A stretch of DNA of 53,708 nt from Candidatus Nealsonbacteria bacterium. Its GTDB lineage: Bacteria; Patescibacteriota; Minisyncoccia; Minisyncoccales; PWPS01. Below the pieces are notes generated by a model. That model saw only the letters and a program-made list of their open reading frames with translations. It had not been told where the DNA came from and made no database searches. Shown here one piece after another: positions 37,357-47,350 of the stretch. How positions within the stretch are numbered: the stretch's first letter is position 1; each line of letters starts with the position of its first letter. The stretch is taken from assembly GCA_003559635.1 (NCBI GenBank), contig PWKU01000027.1, positions 1 to 53,708 of the forward strand, given 5' to 3'. A program made the translations under genes and the position numbers.

Positions 37357-38790
37357 CTAATATATGCTTTCTTTTTTTCTTTTTAATTCTAAAACTAAAT
37401 TTTTGCGGACTGACGCAAGAATTGTACAAGGAGAGCTCAAAAAAGCAAGGGCATTACTAAACTTTTTGTTTTCCTCGGTTCTGTTATAAATTATTCTGCT
37501 AATTTTTGTTAGCGGAAAGGATAAAATATCCGCTATTAATATTGGAAAATTTTCCCTTATTTCGATGATATAAAGTTCTCTCATATTTTCATTTATTCTT
37601 ACCGCCAAAAAGGAGACAAGGGAGAAAAGAGCAACAAAGGCCAGGGAAGCGGAAAAGGATAAGCCGATAAAATTGTTGATTACCCAAAAAAGAAAAGAAA
37701 CAACTACAAGAAAAAAAGTAGCATAAAAGAAGTTTACAAGAAAGTGGGCAATTGCTCTTCTTTTTACCAGTGGTTTAATAAGATAAGGAGATTCTTTTTC
37801 CTTCTTATACAACAATTTAATTATTTCCAACACTGTTCTTTTTTCGTTCTTTCTCGGGGGAGGGGGAGCAGCGAAAACAAGAAGGGCGGTTAGAGTGGCC
37901 GGGAAAAGGGCGAGAAAAATATTGAAAGGGAAAGCAGGGTTTATCAGAGGGGTGAGAAAAAAACCGGTAAGGATAACAAATATTGTGTAAACGGCTATTC
38001 GACGATATTGTTTTACCAAAAATCTGTCGACTCTTTCTTTATAAAATTCACGAATAACCTTTTCCGTTTTTTCTATATCAAAAATTATTTTAACGTCGCT
38101 TTTCTTTTTTATTAGAATGTCATTAATAACAAAATAGGCGGTTTTACGGGTGCTTAAAAAAGAACAGAGTTTTTTGAAAGGAGGAGAGTTTAGGCCATTA
38201 ATGTTTTTCTTCTCCTTGTTTATTTTTTTAGTTAGGTAATAAAAGATAAAAGTATCGTCCAATTCAAAAATAGTTCTCAAGATTGCGGCGTAAAGAAGAA
38301 TGTTTTTTTCCTCCTCGGTGGCGTCTCCTTCAATTTTTATTCTTCTTTTGAGAGAATTAAAAGCGTAAGAGATTAAAATTTCCCTTTTTCCTAGAGGGGA
38401 CAAAATATTTTCTATTTCACAGGCGGTTATTAGGGTATTGTATCTGTTTGGCGGTGATTCTCGTTTATCCAATATCTTTTGCACCTCATCAATGGCTGAT
38501 TTCTTTATTGTTTTGTTTTCGAGTATCCCGGAGGTAATAAGTTCTTTTATAATAGCCCTAGCAGAGTCTTTCGCGGCCTTTTTCCTTAGAAGTTTCTCAA
38601 TGGCGGTTCTTCTCAAAAAATGGTTATTTTGCCAGTTGTTTTTCTTTATGACTTCTCGGAAGAAGGAGGTTTTTAAAAGAGAAATCTTCTCAACCTCAAC
38701 AGAGCCTTCTTTTTTTTCCGAAAGAAGATCTTTTTCAAAACGGGTAAGTTCCTTGATTAGTTTTTGGGTTAAAGGTGATGGCTCGCTCAT
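37357..38790 (-). CDS. Hypothetical membrane protein
   Basis: 477-aa ORF co-oriented between dnaE and miaB, about 4 TM segments in the C-terminal half, LRRTAIEKLL motif. Confidence 0.8.
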   Translation of the reverse strand: MSEPSPLTQKLIKELTRFEKDLLSEKKEGSVEVEKISLLKTSFFREVIKKNNWQNNHFLRRTAIEKLLRKKAAKDSARAIIKELITSGILENKTIKKSAIDEVQKILDKRESPPNRYNTLITACEIENILSPLGKREILISYAFNSLKRRIKIEGDATEEEKNILLYAAILRTIFELDDTFIFYYLTKKINKEKKNINGLNSPPFKKLCSFLSTRKTAYFVINDILIKKKSDVKIIFDIEKTEKVIREFYKERVDRFLVKQYRRIAVYTIFVILTGFFLTPLINPAFPFNIFLALFPATLTALLVFAAPPPPRKNEKRTVLEIIKLLYKKEKESPYLIKPLVKRRAIAHFLVNFFYATFFLVVVSFLFWVINNFIGLSFSASLAFVALFSLVSFLAVRINENMRELYIIEIRENFPILIADILSFPLTKISRIIYNRTEENKKFSNALAFLSSPCTILASVRKNLVLELKRKKESIY

Positions 38791-38815
38791 TTTTTCGATT
38801 GATATATTTTTCGTT

Positions 38816-38824
38816 ATTATACCA
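38816..38824 (-). promoter_or_regulatory. Extended -10 promoter for hyp-miaB-miaA
   Basis: Minus-strand TGGTATAAT about 25 nt upstream of ATG 38790. Confidence 0.5.
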
Positions 38825-38861
38825 TAAAAAAAGAATATTTTTGTATGGCTTGTTTTGCGGG

Positions 38862-41800
38862 TTATTTTATCTCTTCCACTTGTTCACAGATGATTTTTGG
38901 AGCTTCGTCGCGATGGCTTATTTTTCCGGAGATAAAAAGAGATTTCCCCTCCTCAAAATGAGAGCCGTTCTTTTTTAGAGCTCGAGGAAATACAATTACT
39001 TCGATATTGTCCGTCAAATCTTCTACCCGGACAAAATACATCGGTTCTCCGGATTTGGTTATTATTTTTTTTACACTCGAAACAATAACTCCCACTCGTA
39101 TTCGCGTGTCGGATATTTGTTTTTTTGCTTTTTCAATAGGAATGCTGCCGTTCTTTGTTTCCTCTTGTAGATATTGAAGAGGGTGCCCGGTAATAAAAAG
39201 ACCCAGTAGCTTTTTTTCCCACTCCAGCTTTTCCTTTTCACTGAGAGGGCGAGCTTCTTCAAGCAGGAGGTCTTGTTTCATTATATCTGCTCCGAAAAGA
39301 CCGGCTTGTCCGTTATTCTTGTTCTTTTTCCTTTCTCTACTATATTCCAGTATTTTTTCTATATTGTAAAGAAGCTCTCCTCTTTCCTTGAATTTATCAA
39401 ATGCTCCGGACAAGATAAGGCTTTCAATTGATTTTTTGTTTAGGCTTTGAGAATCAACTCTGGTAAGAAAATCATCAAGTGAGATAAAAGGACCGTTTTC
39501 TTTTCTTTCGTTTACGATATCTTCAACAATTTTTAGGCCTACATTTTTTATTGCAGAGAGGCCGAATCTAATCTGGGGTTTTTCCGGAACGACACTGAAG
39601 CCCATAAAGCTTTCATTAATGTCGGGGGGAAGAACCTCAAGGTTCATCTTCTTACAATCATTAATCAGGAAGCCAATTCTTTCTATGTCATTTTGGTCGG
39701 CGGTAAGAAGTGAAGCCATGAATTCTTTAGGATAGTGTGCTTTTAAATATGCGGTTTGATAAGCAATCTGTGCATAGGCTGCCGCATGGCTTTTGTTGAA
39801 GGAGTATTGTGCGAAAGGTTCTATCCAACTCCAAAGCTTTTCGCCGATTTCCCTGTCAATGTTATTTGTCTCAATGCCGGATATAAATTTTTCCTTCTGT
39901 CCCTTCAGAAGCTTTTCTATCTTTTTCCCAATAGCCTTTCTTAAGGTATCTGCTTCTTCCAATGTAAAGCCGGCCAAATCTCCGGCGATTTTCATCACCT
40001 GTTCCTGGTAGACGCAAACCCCATAAGTAGGCTTTAATATGGGCTCTAAGAGGGGATGCATGTAGGTTATTTCTTGTTTTCCGTGCTTTCTTTTTATGTA
40101 GTCCGGGATAAATTTCATCGGACCGGGCCTGTAAAGAGAAACCATAGCGATAACCTCCTCGATGTCCGTCGGACTTAGTTGTTTTAGATATCTTTGCATA
40201 CCCCCACTTTCAAGCTGAAATACTCCGACAGTTCTTCCTTCTTGAAGGAGCTTAAATGTTTTTTCATCGTTAAGGGGGATGGTTTCAATATCAATATTTT
40301 TTCCGTGAACTTTATATATTCTCTTTAATGTGTCTTCGATGATGGTTAAGTTTTTCAGCCCCAAAAGGTCCATCTTTAGAAGCCCTAAATCTTCAATATA
40401 ATTCATTGCGTACTGGGTTACTGTTCCGGTTTCACTCTGTGTGGGGTGTTGAAGGGGAACGATAGTTGAGAGGGGCTTGTCGGAAATAACCACTCCACAG
40501 GCGTGCGTTGAAGCATGTCTTACCACTCCCTCCAGTTTTTCCGCATGAATAATGAGGCGCCTCGCGTCTTTGTCAACATCGTAAAGTTGTCTAAATTCGG
40601 CAACATTTTCTCTTGTTTCTTTTAAATTCATTCCGAAGGGGATCATTTTTGCGACTTTGTCACAATAGTTATAAGAGTAGCCAAGAGCTCTTCCCACATC
40701 TCTTATTGCCGCACGTGCCGCCATGGTTCCGAAAGTGATTATTTGAGCAACCTTGTCCTTTCCATAGCGATCTGCAATATAGGCGATTACCTCGTCTCTC
40801 CTTCTGTCCGCGAAGTCCAAATCGATATCGGGGAGGGATACTTTTGCTCTTCCGGGGTTAAGAAATCTTTCAAAAATTAGACCGTAATGAAGGGGATCGA
40901 TATTAGTAATACCCAGCAGATAAGCTATAATCGACCCGCCGGCGCTGCCTCTTCCCGGGCCAACAACGATTTTGTTTTCTTTGGCCCAGTTTACGAAATC
41001 TTGGACGATAAGAAAGTAAGAGGAAAGTTTTGCATCAGTAATTACTTTCATCTCTCTTTCCAATCTTTCTTTCACTTTGTCTTTTGATTCTTGCGGATAC
41101 CTTTTTTCAATTCCCGCCTCACAAAGTCTTTTTAGCTCTTCATCCGCCGTTAATCCTTCTTTAAGAGGAAAGCGGGGGAGTATTATTTCTCCCAAGGAAA
41201 TTTCCGAGTTGCACATTGTTTTAATCTTTTCAGTGTTTTCAATTGCTTCAGGAGTATCTTTAAAGATTTCTTTCATTTCTTCCGGAGGCCGCATTGAAAA
41301 ATCATCGTCGGTCATTGTAAGGCGGTTGGGGTTATTAACATCTGTCCCGGTACCTATAGCCATTAAAATATCTTGAGTTTCGCTGTCTTCTTTTTTTAGA
41401 TAATGGGAATCACAAGTGGCGACAAGAGGAATAGATGTCTCTTTTGATATTTTTATAAGTTCTTGATTGACGAGTTGTTGGTCCTTGATATTCGGATGGT
41501 GTTGAATTTCCAAGTAAAAACTGTCTTTCTCGAAAAGATCCTTATAATAGAGGGCTAGCTTTTTAGCTTCCTCTTTTTTGTTAGCGATTATGAGTCTTGG
41601 AATCTTTCCTTGAATACAGGCGGTAAGAGCAATAAGACCCTCTGTATGTTCTTTTAGCGTTTCCTCATCAATTCGCGGCTTGTAATAAAAACCGTCAAGT
41701 TGAGACTTAGTCACCAACTGGACCAAGTTCTGATAACCTTTTTTATTTTTGGCGAGGAGAACCAGATGGTAAGACTTGTTGTCGACATTCGGCTGTTTAT

Positions 41801-42026
41801 CGGTCATCTTGTTTAGTGCCATATAAACTTCCGCCCCTATAATTGGTTTTATTCCGGCGTCTTTCGCTTTTTTGTAAAACTCAATGGCACCGTAAAGTGC
41901 ACCGTGGTCGGTAATTGCAACGGAATCCATTCCGTTTTTCTTTATATGGTCGAGAAGTTCATCCATCTTTGGCAAGCCGTCCAGCAAGCTATATTCGGTA
42001 TGAACGTGTAAGTGTGTAAAAGGCAT
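38862..42026 (-). CDS. dnaE: DNA polymerase III alpha subunit
   Basis: HLHVHTEYSLLDG PHP, GPGRGSAGGS, FERFLNP, PDIDLD, GLLKMDLLGL, FNKSH, C-terminal OB fold. Confidence 0.98.
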   Translation of the reverse strand: MPFTHLHVHTEYSLLDGLPKMDELLDHIKKNGMDSVAITDHGALYGAIEFYKKAKDAGIKPIIGAEVYMALNKMTDKQPNVDNKSYHLVLLAKNKKGYQNLVQLVTKSQLDGFYYKPRIDEETLKEHTEGLIALTACIQGKIPRLIIANKKEEAKKLALYYKDLFEKDSFYLEIQHHPNIKDQQLVNQELIKISKETSIPLVATCDSHYLKKEDSETQDILMAIGTGTDVNNPNRLTMTDDDFSMRPPEEMKEIFKDTPEAIENTEKIKTMCNSEISLGEIILPRFPLKEGLTADEELKRLCEAGIEKRYPQESKDKVKERLEREMKVITDAKLSSYFLIVQDFVNWAKENKIVVGPGRGSAGGSIIAYLLGITNIDPLHYGLIFERFLNPGRAKVSLPDIDLDFADRRRDEVIAYIADRYGKDKVAQIITFGTMAARAAIRDVGRALGYSYNYCDKVAKMIPFGMNLKETRENVAEFRQLYDVDKDARRLIIHAEKLEGVVRHASTHACGVVISDKPLSTIVPLQHPTQSETGTVTQYAMNYIEDLGLLKMDLLGLKNLTIIEDTLKRIYKVHGKNIDIETIPLNDEKTFKLLQEGRTVGVFQLESGGMQRYLKQLSPTDIEEVIAMVSLYRPGPMKFIPDYIKRKHGKQEITYMHPLLEPILKPTYGVCVYQEQVMKIAGDLAGFTLEEADTLRKAIGKKIEKLLKGQKEKFISGIETNNIDREIGEKLWSWIEPFAQYSFNKSHAAAYAQIAYQTAYLKAHYPKEFMASLLTADQNDIERIGFLINDCKKMNLEVLPPDINESFMGFSVVPEKPQIRFGLSAIKNVGLKIVEDIVNERKENGPFISLDDFLTRVDSQSLNKKSIESLILSGAFDKFKERGELLYNIEKILEYSRERKKNKNNGQAGLFGADIMKQDLLLEEARPLSEKEKLEWEKKLLGLFITGHPLQYLQEETKNGSIPIEKAKKQISDTRIRVGVIVSSVKKIITKSGEPMYFVRVEDLTDNIEVIVFPRALKKNGSHFEEGKSLFISGKISHRDEAPKIICEQVEEIK

Positions 42027-42202
42027 GTTTTGCTGTTTCCTAATTTAAAATTTCTAATTTTGAAGCCTTTTTAAACAGTAAACTTTAGATGTCTAACATT
42101 ATGTAAGACAGAACATTTAGTTTTATTAATAACCGCCACGGTTATATTGTCTAATAAGGTAAAAGCTTTAATATGCTATAATCTTATATTATTCTAGAAG
42201 AT

Positions 42203-42796
42203 ATGGCAAAAAAGATAAAATTAAGATTAATTGGTTTAGACGAAGTTGGCAGAGGTCCTCTTGCCGGACCGGTTGTTGCCGTAGCACTGAAAGTAACAAA
42301 TTATAAGAAAATCCAAAATTCAAAATTCAGAATAAAGAATTACTCTTCTCTTGACTCAAAAAAACTTTCTCCGAGAAAAAGAGAAGAGATTTACGAAATT
42401 ATAACAAAATCTCCTTTTGTGGAATACGGAGTCGGTGTGGTTTCGGAAAAAATAATTGACAAAGTGAACATACTGGAAGCTACAAAGCTTGCCATGAAAA
42501 AGGCGACGGAAAGAATAGACTGCACTAACGCGCGCCTGATTATTGACGGGAATTTTACCATAGATAGCCAGTGCGTCCAAAAAGCGGTAAAAAGAGCCGA
42601 TGAAACAGTTTTGGAGTGTTCACTGGCCTCTATTATCGCCAAAGTGGAGAGAGATGGGATGATGGTGGATTATCACAAAAAATATCCGTATTATGAGTTT
42701 GATAAACATAAAGGATACGGTACAAAAAAGCACCGCGAAATGATAAAAAAATATGGGTGTTGTCCCATTCACCGTAAATCATTCAAACTTCTTTAA
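42203..42796 (+). CDS. rnhB: Ribonuclease HII
   Basis: GLDEVGRGPLAGPV, DSKKL, IDG, ASIIAKVERD, HKGYGT, HRKSF. Confidence 0.97.
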   Translation: MAKKIKLRLIGLDEVGRGPLAGPVVAVALKVTNYKKIQNSKFRIKNYSSLDSKKLSPRKREEIYEIITKSPFVEYGVGVVSEKIIDKVNILEATKLAMKKATERIDCTNARLIIDGNFTIDSQCVQKAVKRADETVLECSLASIIAKVERDGMMVDYHKKYPYYEFDKHKGYGTKKHREMIKKYGCCPIHRKSFKLL

Positions 42797-42825
42797 AGAA
42801 TCTTTTTAGTTAGGAAACAATAGCC

Positions 42826-42900
42826 CTTGACAAAAAACAGCCCAAAAAACCCACTTTCCCCCTTAAAAACAAAGCATTGCAGGGTCAGACCCTGCAACGC
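42826..42900 (+). repeat. Family B repeat, copy 3 (flank plus palindrome with one mismatch)
   Basis: CTTGACAAAAAACAGCCCAAAAAACCCACTTTCCCCCTTAAAAACAAAGCATTGCAGGGTC-A-GACCCTGCAACGC. Confidence 0.92.
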
Positions 42901-42951
42901 CATTTTGTGATGCAGGGGTTTGGTTTTCGGCTATGTGTGGAAAAATGTTTT

Positions 42952-42979
42952 TTGACTTTTTCTGAGTCTTTGTTATAAT
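42952..42979 (+). promoter_or_regulatory. Promoter of the V/A-ATPase operon
   Basis: TTGACT-16 bp-TATAAT with extended -10 TG. Confidence 0.7.
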
Positions 42980-43033
42980 CTGCATCAGTGGAGAAAAGGC
43001 CCTTCAAAGAGGGGGTTTTTAATTGCATCAACT

Positions 43034-43339
43034 ATGGAAAACAATACAATAAATATTATTAAAAAAAAGGAAGGAGAAGCTGAGGCTTCTGTTTTCAAAA
43101 TCAAAGAGGAACTGGATAAAGAAAAAGCTCTGAAAATCAAGGAGCTCGAAGAGGAAGAGAACAAAGTGGATGAAGACTACAAAAAAAGAAGAGGCGAGCT
43201 TAAAAAAGAACTTCAGAAGGATTTTGACGAAATAGGGGAGAGGCTTCAAAAAAAGCACAACGAAAAAGAAGAAAATATTAAAAAGGGGGCAAAGGCGAAT
43301 CTGGAAAATTTTAAAAAGGAAGTTTTGAAAAGAACATGA
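43034..43339 (+). CDS. V/A-type ATPase peripheral stalk subunit G/H
   Basis: 101-aa charged coiled coil (IIKKKEGEAE), first gene of the operon, overlapping subunit I. Confidence 0.7.
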   Translation: MENNTINIIKKKEGEAEASVFKIKEELDKEKALKIKELEEEENKVDEDYKKRRGELKKELQKDFDEIGERLQKKHNEKEENIKKGAKANLENFKKEVLKRT

Positions 43340-45234
43340 ACCTGCCGGTTAGAAAAATAGAGTTAATTATCCCAAAAGAAAATACCCTGAACATTCTCGA
43401 CAAGCTGCAGGCTGAAGAGTGTTTAGAGGTCATATCGGAAAGTAGTGTGGAAGATTTTGAGATAGTGCCGAAAGAGGACTATAAATTACGTCTTAGCGAG
43501 GCAAATTTTGCGCTTACTTTTCTTGAGAATTTTAGATCTCAAGAAAATTTTATAAAAAACTTAATTTTTAGTTTTGTTCCAACAAAAGAAACATTGAAGG
43601 AAGAAGAGATGGTGGAAATTGCGCAGTCAGCGAAGATTAAAGAAGTCGTTTCGAGCTGTGCTTCTATTGAAGAGGTTATAAACAAATTGCAATTAAAGAA
43701 GGAAAATCTCTTGGAAGAAAGGGATGTGTTAGAAAAGTTTTCCAATACATCCGTTTTTTTTAGGAGCGATTTACAAAACGTGGAATATTTTGCCGGAACG
43801 GTTGAAAAAAAAGATAAAGAATCCTTTATTTGTGAAATATCAAAGAAAGAGGAACTTTACATTGAAGAAGGAAAGGAAGACACCTTCTTTTTTAATTTTG
43901 TATTATATTATCCGAAAAAGGATAGTGATTATTATCTGAGCGTCTTAAAAAAGTATAGCGCAAAAAAAGAAAGTGTTTTTTGGGAAGAACAGCCCTTAAA
44001 GGCGTTGGAAAGAAGAGAAAAAGAACTTGGGGATGTTGATATTGAATTGGATATTCAAAGTAAGGAAGCTCAAAAACTACTTTTTTTCATTCCAAAATTG
44101 CAAGCGCTTTCTGACTGGTTTTCTTTTGAGATAGAAAAGAAAGAGTTTTTGAAAAAAATAAGAGAGACGAAAAGGTATATTGTAATTAAAGCGTGGGCCG
44201 TAAAAGAGACCGTTGTAAAAATAAAAGAGTTGGTCGGAAAAGAAACACCATACTTTCTAATTAAAGAACTTCCCACAGAAGAGGGTGATAATCCACCGGT
44301 GGTTCTTAGAAACAAAGGGGCTTTTGAAAGCTTTGGGATTGTTACGGGAGTTTACGGTTTACCCAAAAAGGATGAGATTGATCCAACTCCTTACCTTGCG
44401 CCTTTCTTTATTTTCTATTTTGCCTTAGCTCTTTCCGATTCTGGGTATGGTTTTCTTTTAGTAGCTCTCGCATTTTTGGCAAAGAAAATATTCAAAAAGG
44501 CGAATGCCGACAGGTTTTTTAATCTTTTTATTTTCTGCGGAATATTGACAACAGTGCTTGGATTCTTTGTGGGAACTATTTTTGGCAGGGTGTTTGAGTT
44601 TCTGAAAATCGCCGACCCGTTGGCCAATCCCATTGAGGCGCTTCTTTTTGTTTTAGCTTTGGGAGTGATTCAGATATTTGCAGGTTTGATTATTGGAGCG
44701 GTTTGGCTTATCAGGAGAGGAGAAGTTAAGGAGGCAATTTCCGGAAACGGAGCGTCTATCGCTTTCTTTATAGGAGTAATTTTGTTTCTTATAACCGACA
44801 ATACAAACTTTATTATATCAGGGGTGGCTTTGATGGTTGCTTTGGCCTTTATTTATTCAACAGGAGAAGGAATTTTCCAAAAAGTCGGAAAAGCTTTGGG
44901 TTCGCTTTACGGAATAATAGGTTATGTAGGAGATATTCTTTCTTATTCAAGGATATTGGCGCTAGGGCTTGCGACGGGAATTATCGCTATGGTTATTAAC
45001 ATGATTGCTTTGATTTTTATGGAGATGATACCAATTCCCGGGGTTGATTTAATGGTTGCAGGAATTATTCTTGTCGTGGGCCATATCGGTAATTTGTTGA
45101 TTAACGCGCTGGGAGCGTTTATTCATTCTGCGAGGTTGCAGTTTGTAGAATTTTTTTCAAGGTTCATGGAAGGAGGCGGCAGGTATTTTCAGCCACTTGG
45201 AAAAAATGGTCGTTATATAAAAATTATTAATTAA
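43336..45234 (+). CDS. atpI: V/A-type ATPase subunit I (a)
   Basis: PPVVLRN, YGLPKKDEIDPT, SDSGYG, GDILSYSRILALGLA (essential Arg), FIHSARLQFVEFF. Confidence 0.95.
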   Translation: MNLPVRKIELIIPKENTLNILDKLQAEECLEVISESSVEDFEIVPKEDYKLRLSEANFALTFLENFRSQENFIKNLIFSFVPTKETLKEEEMVEIAQSAKIKEVVSSCASIEEVINKLQLKKENLLEERDVLEKFSNTSVFFRSDLQNVEYFAGTVEKKDKESFICEISKKEELYIEEGKEDTFFFNFVLYYPKKDSDYYLSVLKKYSAKKESVFWEEQPLKALERREKELGDVDIELDIQSKEAQKLLFFIPKLQALSDWFSFEIEKKEFLKKIRETKRYIVIKAWAVKETVVKIKELVGKETPYFLIKELPTEEGDNPPVVLRNKGAFESFGIVTGVYGLPKKDEIDPTPYLAPFFIFYFALALSDSGYGFLLVALAFLAKKIFKKANADRFFNLFIFCGILTTVLGFFVGTIFGRVFEFLKIADPLANPIEALLFVLALGVIQIFAGLIIGAVWLIRRGEVKEAISGNGASIAFFIGVILFLITDNTNFIISGVALMVALAFIYSTGEGIFQKVGKALGSLYGIIGYVGDILSYSRILALGLATGIIAMVINMIALIFMEMIPIPGVDLMVAGIILVVGHIGNLLINALGAFIHSARLQFVEFFSRFMEGGGRYFQPLGKNGRYIKIIN

Positions 45235-45237
45235 TAA

Positions 45238-45720
<483 letters not shown>

Positions 45721-45722
45721 AA

Positions 45723-46295
45723 ATGAGCTTAGAAAAACTTCTTAAAAAAATAGAAAAAGACGCAGAAGAAGAGATAGAATCTCTAAAGAAGGAGCATGCC
45801 CTTGAGATTGAAAAAATTGAGAAGGAGGGTAGGAAAAGAATACAGGATGTAAAGAAAGAAAAAGAAGAAAAAATTGAGAAAGAAAAAGAAAGATCTTTAG
45901 AGGACTACGAAAAGGAGAAAGAGTTTCTTTTGAATATGGATCTTCTAAAGACAAAAAAAGATCTGCTGGAAGAGGCGGTTAATGCCTGTAAAGAGGATAT
46001 TGGAAAATTTTCACTAGCCGAGAAGAAGAAACTCTTGAAAAAGAAGGTGGAAAGTATAAAGGATTTCCTGGGAGAAAAGTCTCTTGTCTTTGTCGCACAG
46101 GGGAAAAAGAAAGATTATGCCGATATCTTTGAGGGAGTGCCGGGTAAAAACATTGTTGAAAGGAAGGGTGTTGCCGATGACGAGTTGGTGGTTGAGGGCA
46201 AAGATTTCATTTTTAAAGCAAGTCTTTGTGAAATGGTCGATGAAGTGGTTAAAGACGAAGAAGGTTCTCTTGCCAAAGTTTTGTTTAAGCAGTAA
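45723..46295 (+). CDS. atpE: V/A-type ATPase subunit E
   Basis: MSLEKLLKKIEKDAEEE coiled coil, ends LAKVLF; operon position. Confidence 0.85.
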   Translation: MSLEKLLKKIEKDAEEEIESLKKEHALEIEKIEKEGRKRIQDVKKEKEEKIEKEKERSLEDYEKEKEFLLNMDLLKTKKDLLEEAVNACKEDIGKFSLAEKKKLLKKKVESIKDFLGEKSLVFVAQGKKKDYADIFEGVPGKNIVERKGVADDELVVEGKDFIFKASLCEMVDEVVKDEEGSLAKVLFKQ

Positions 46296-46298
46296 AAA

Positions 46299-47033
46299 AT
46301 GAGATATCTTTTTTTCATATCTTGGTTTAGAGCAAGAGAAAAGCAGCTGGTTGACCAAGTTGATCTAGACAGAATGATAGGGGCGTCAAGTATGGACGAA
46401 GCTTTTAAAGTTTTTAATGATACGGATTATGCTCTCTATCTTGCGGGAAAGACTTATCTTGATATTGAAAAGATAATTGAAGAAGAAAGGGACGACTTTA
46501 AAAAAACGCTTGAAAAGATGGGAATGGAAAAAGAGGTTGTGTCTTTCTTATTTCTAAAAGACGATCTTTGTAAGGTCTCAAGGAAAGCAAAAGAAAAAAT
46601 CTTTAAAATGCAAGGAGGCGGTGGTTTTCAAGGGAAAGATATCGAAGAGGAGGCTCTAAAGGAGATAGAGGAAAGAAAGCCGAAAAAACCGGAAGAAATT
46701 GACAGCATTACTACAGATATCTATTTCGAAAAATCAATAAAATTCCTGGAAAGTTCCGGAGAGAGGGAAACAGGCAGGTTTTTCGGCGAATACTACGAAA
46801 AGATTAAAGAATCAGCCGAAGATCTTAAAAGAAGAGATATGATTTTATCAGAAATGGAGAAGAGTATTGTCGAGGAAAGTCGTGAGAAAATAGAGGGTAT
46901 GGTTCCAATACTTTCTTTTTTTATTAAAAAAAGAAGGGTGGAACAGTTTATTAGGGCTGTTTTTTCCGCAAAAAAAATGGGACTGGCCTCTGATAAAATA
47001 TACAATCTAATTGAACAAAGGAGAGTTTTATGA
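46299..47033 (+). CDS. atpC: V/A-type ATPase subunit C (d), shortened and divergent
   Basis: RAREKQL....LDRMIGA.....KVFNDTDY N-terminus; position between E and F. Confidence 0.8.
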   Translation: MRYLFFISWFRAREKQLVDQVDLDRMIGASSMDEAFKVFNDTDYALYLAGKTYLDIEKIIEEERDDFKKTLEKMGMEKEVVSFLFLKDDLCKVSRKAKEKIFKMQGGGGFQGKDIEEEALKEIEERKPKKPEEIDSITTDIYFEKSIKFLESSGERETGRFFGEYYEKIKESAEDLKRRDMILSEMEKSIVEESREKIEGMVPILSFFIKKRRVEQFIRAVFSAKKMGLASDKIYNLIEQRRVL

Positions 47034-47317
47034 AAGAAACAAGAATTGCGTTTGTCGGTCCTTTTGAATATGTAAAAACAATGCGCTTTCTCGGGTTTGA
47101 GTGTTTCGGAGTTTCCGACATTAAAGAAGCCGAGGAGAAAATAAAAGTACTGGAGAGTGAAAATTACTCCCTTATTTTCGTCTCACAAGATGTTTGTCCC
47201 GAGGATATTGGACTCGACAGTGTAGTCACTCTTCCGGGCATTGCTAAGGCTTCCGACAAGGATTATCTTAAAAAGGAGACCGCAAAGGCTTTGGGTGGAG
47301 AGATGGAATTATCTTAA
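47030..47317 (+). CDS. atpF: V/A-type ATPase subunit F
   Basis: RIAFVG....FLG, YSLIFVS, LPG, KALG. Confidence 0.85.
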   Translation: MKETRIAFVGPFEYVKTMRFLGFECFGVSDIKEAEEKIKVLESENYSLIFVSQDVCPEDIGLDSVVTLPGIAKASDKDYLKKETAKALGGEMELS

Positions 47318-47350
47318 ACTTTTAAAAATAATCATTATAAAAAGAGTATT

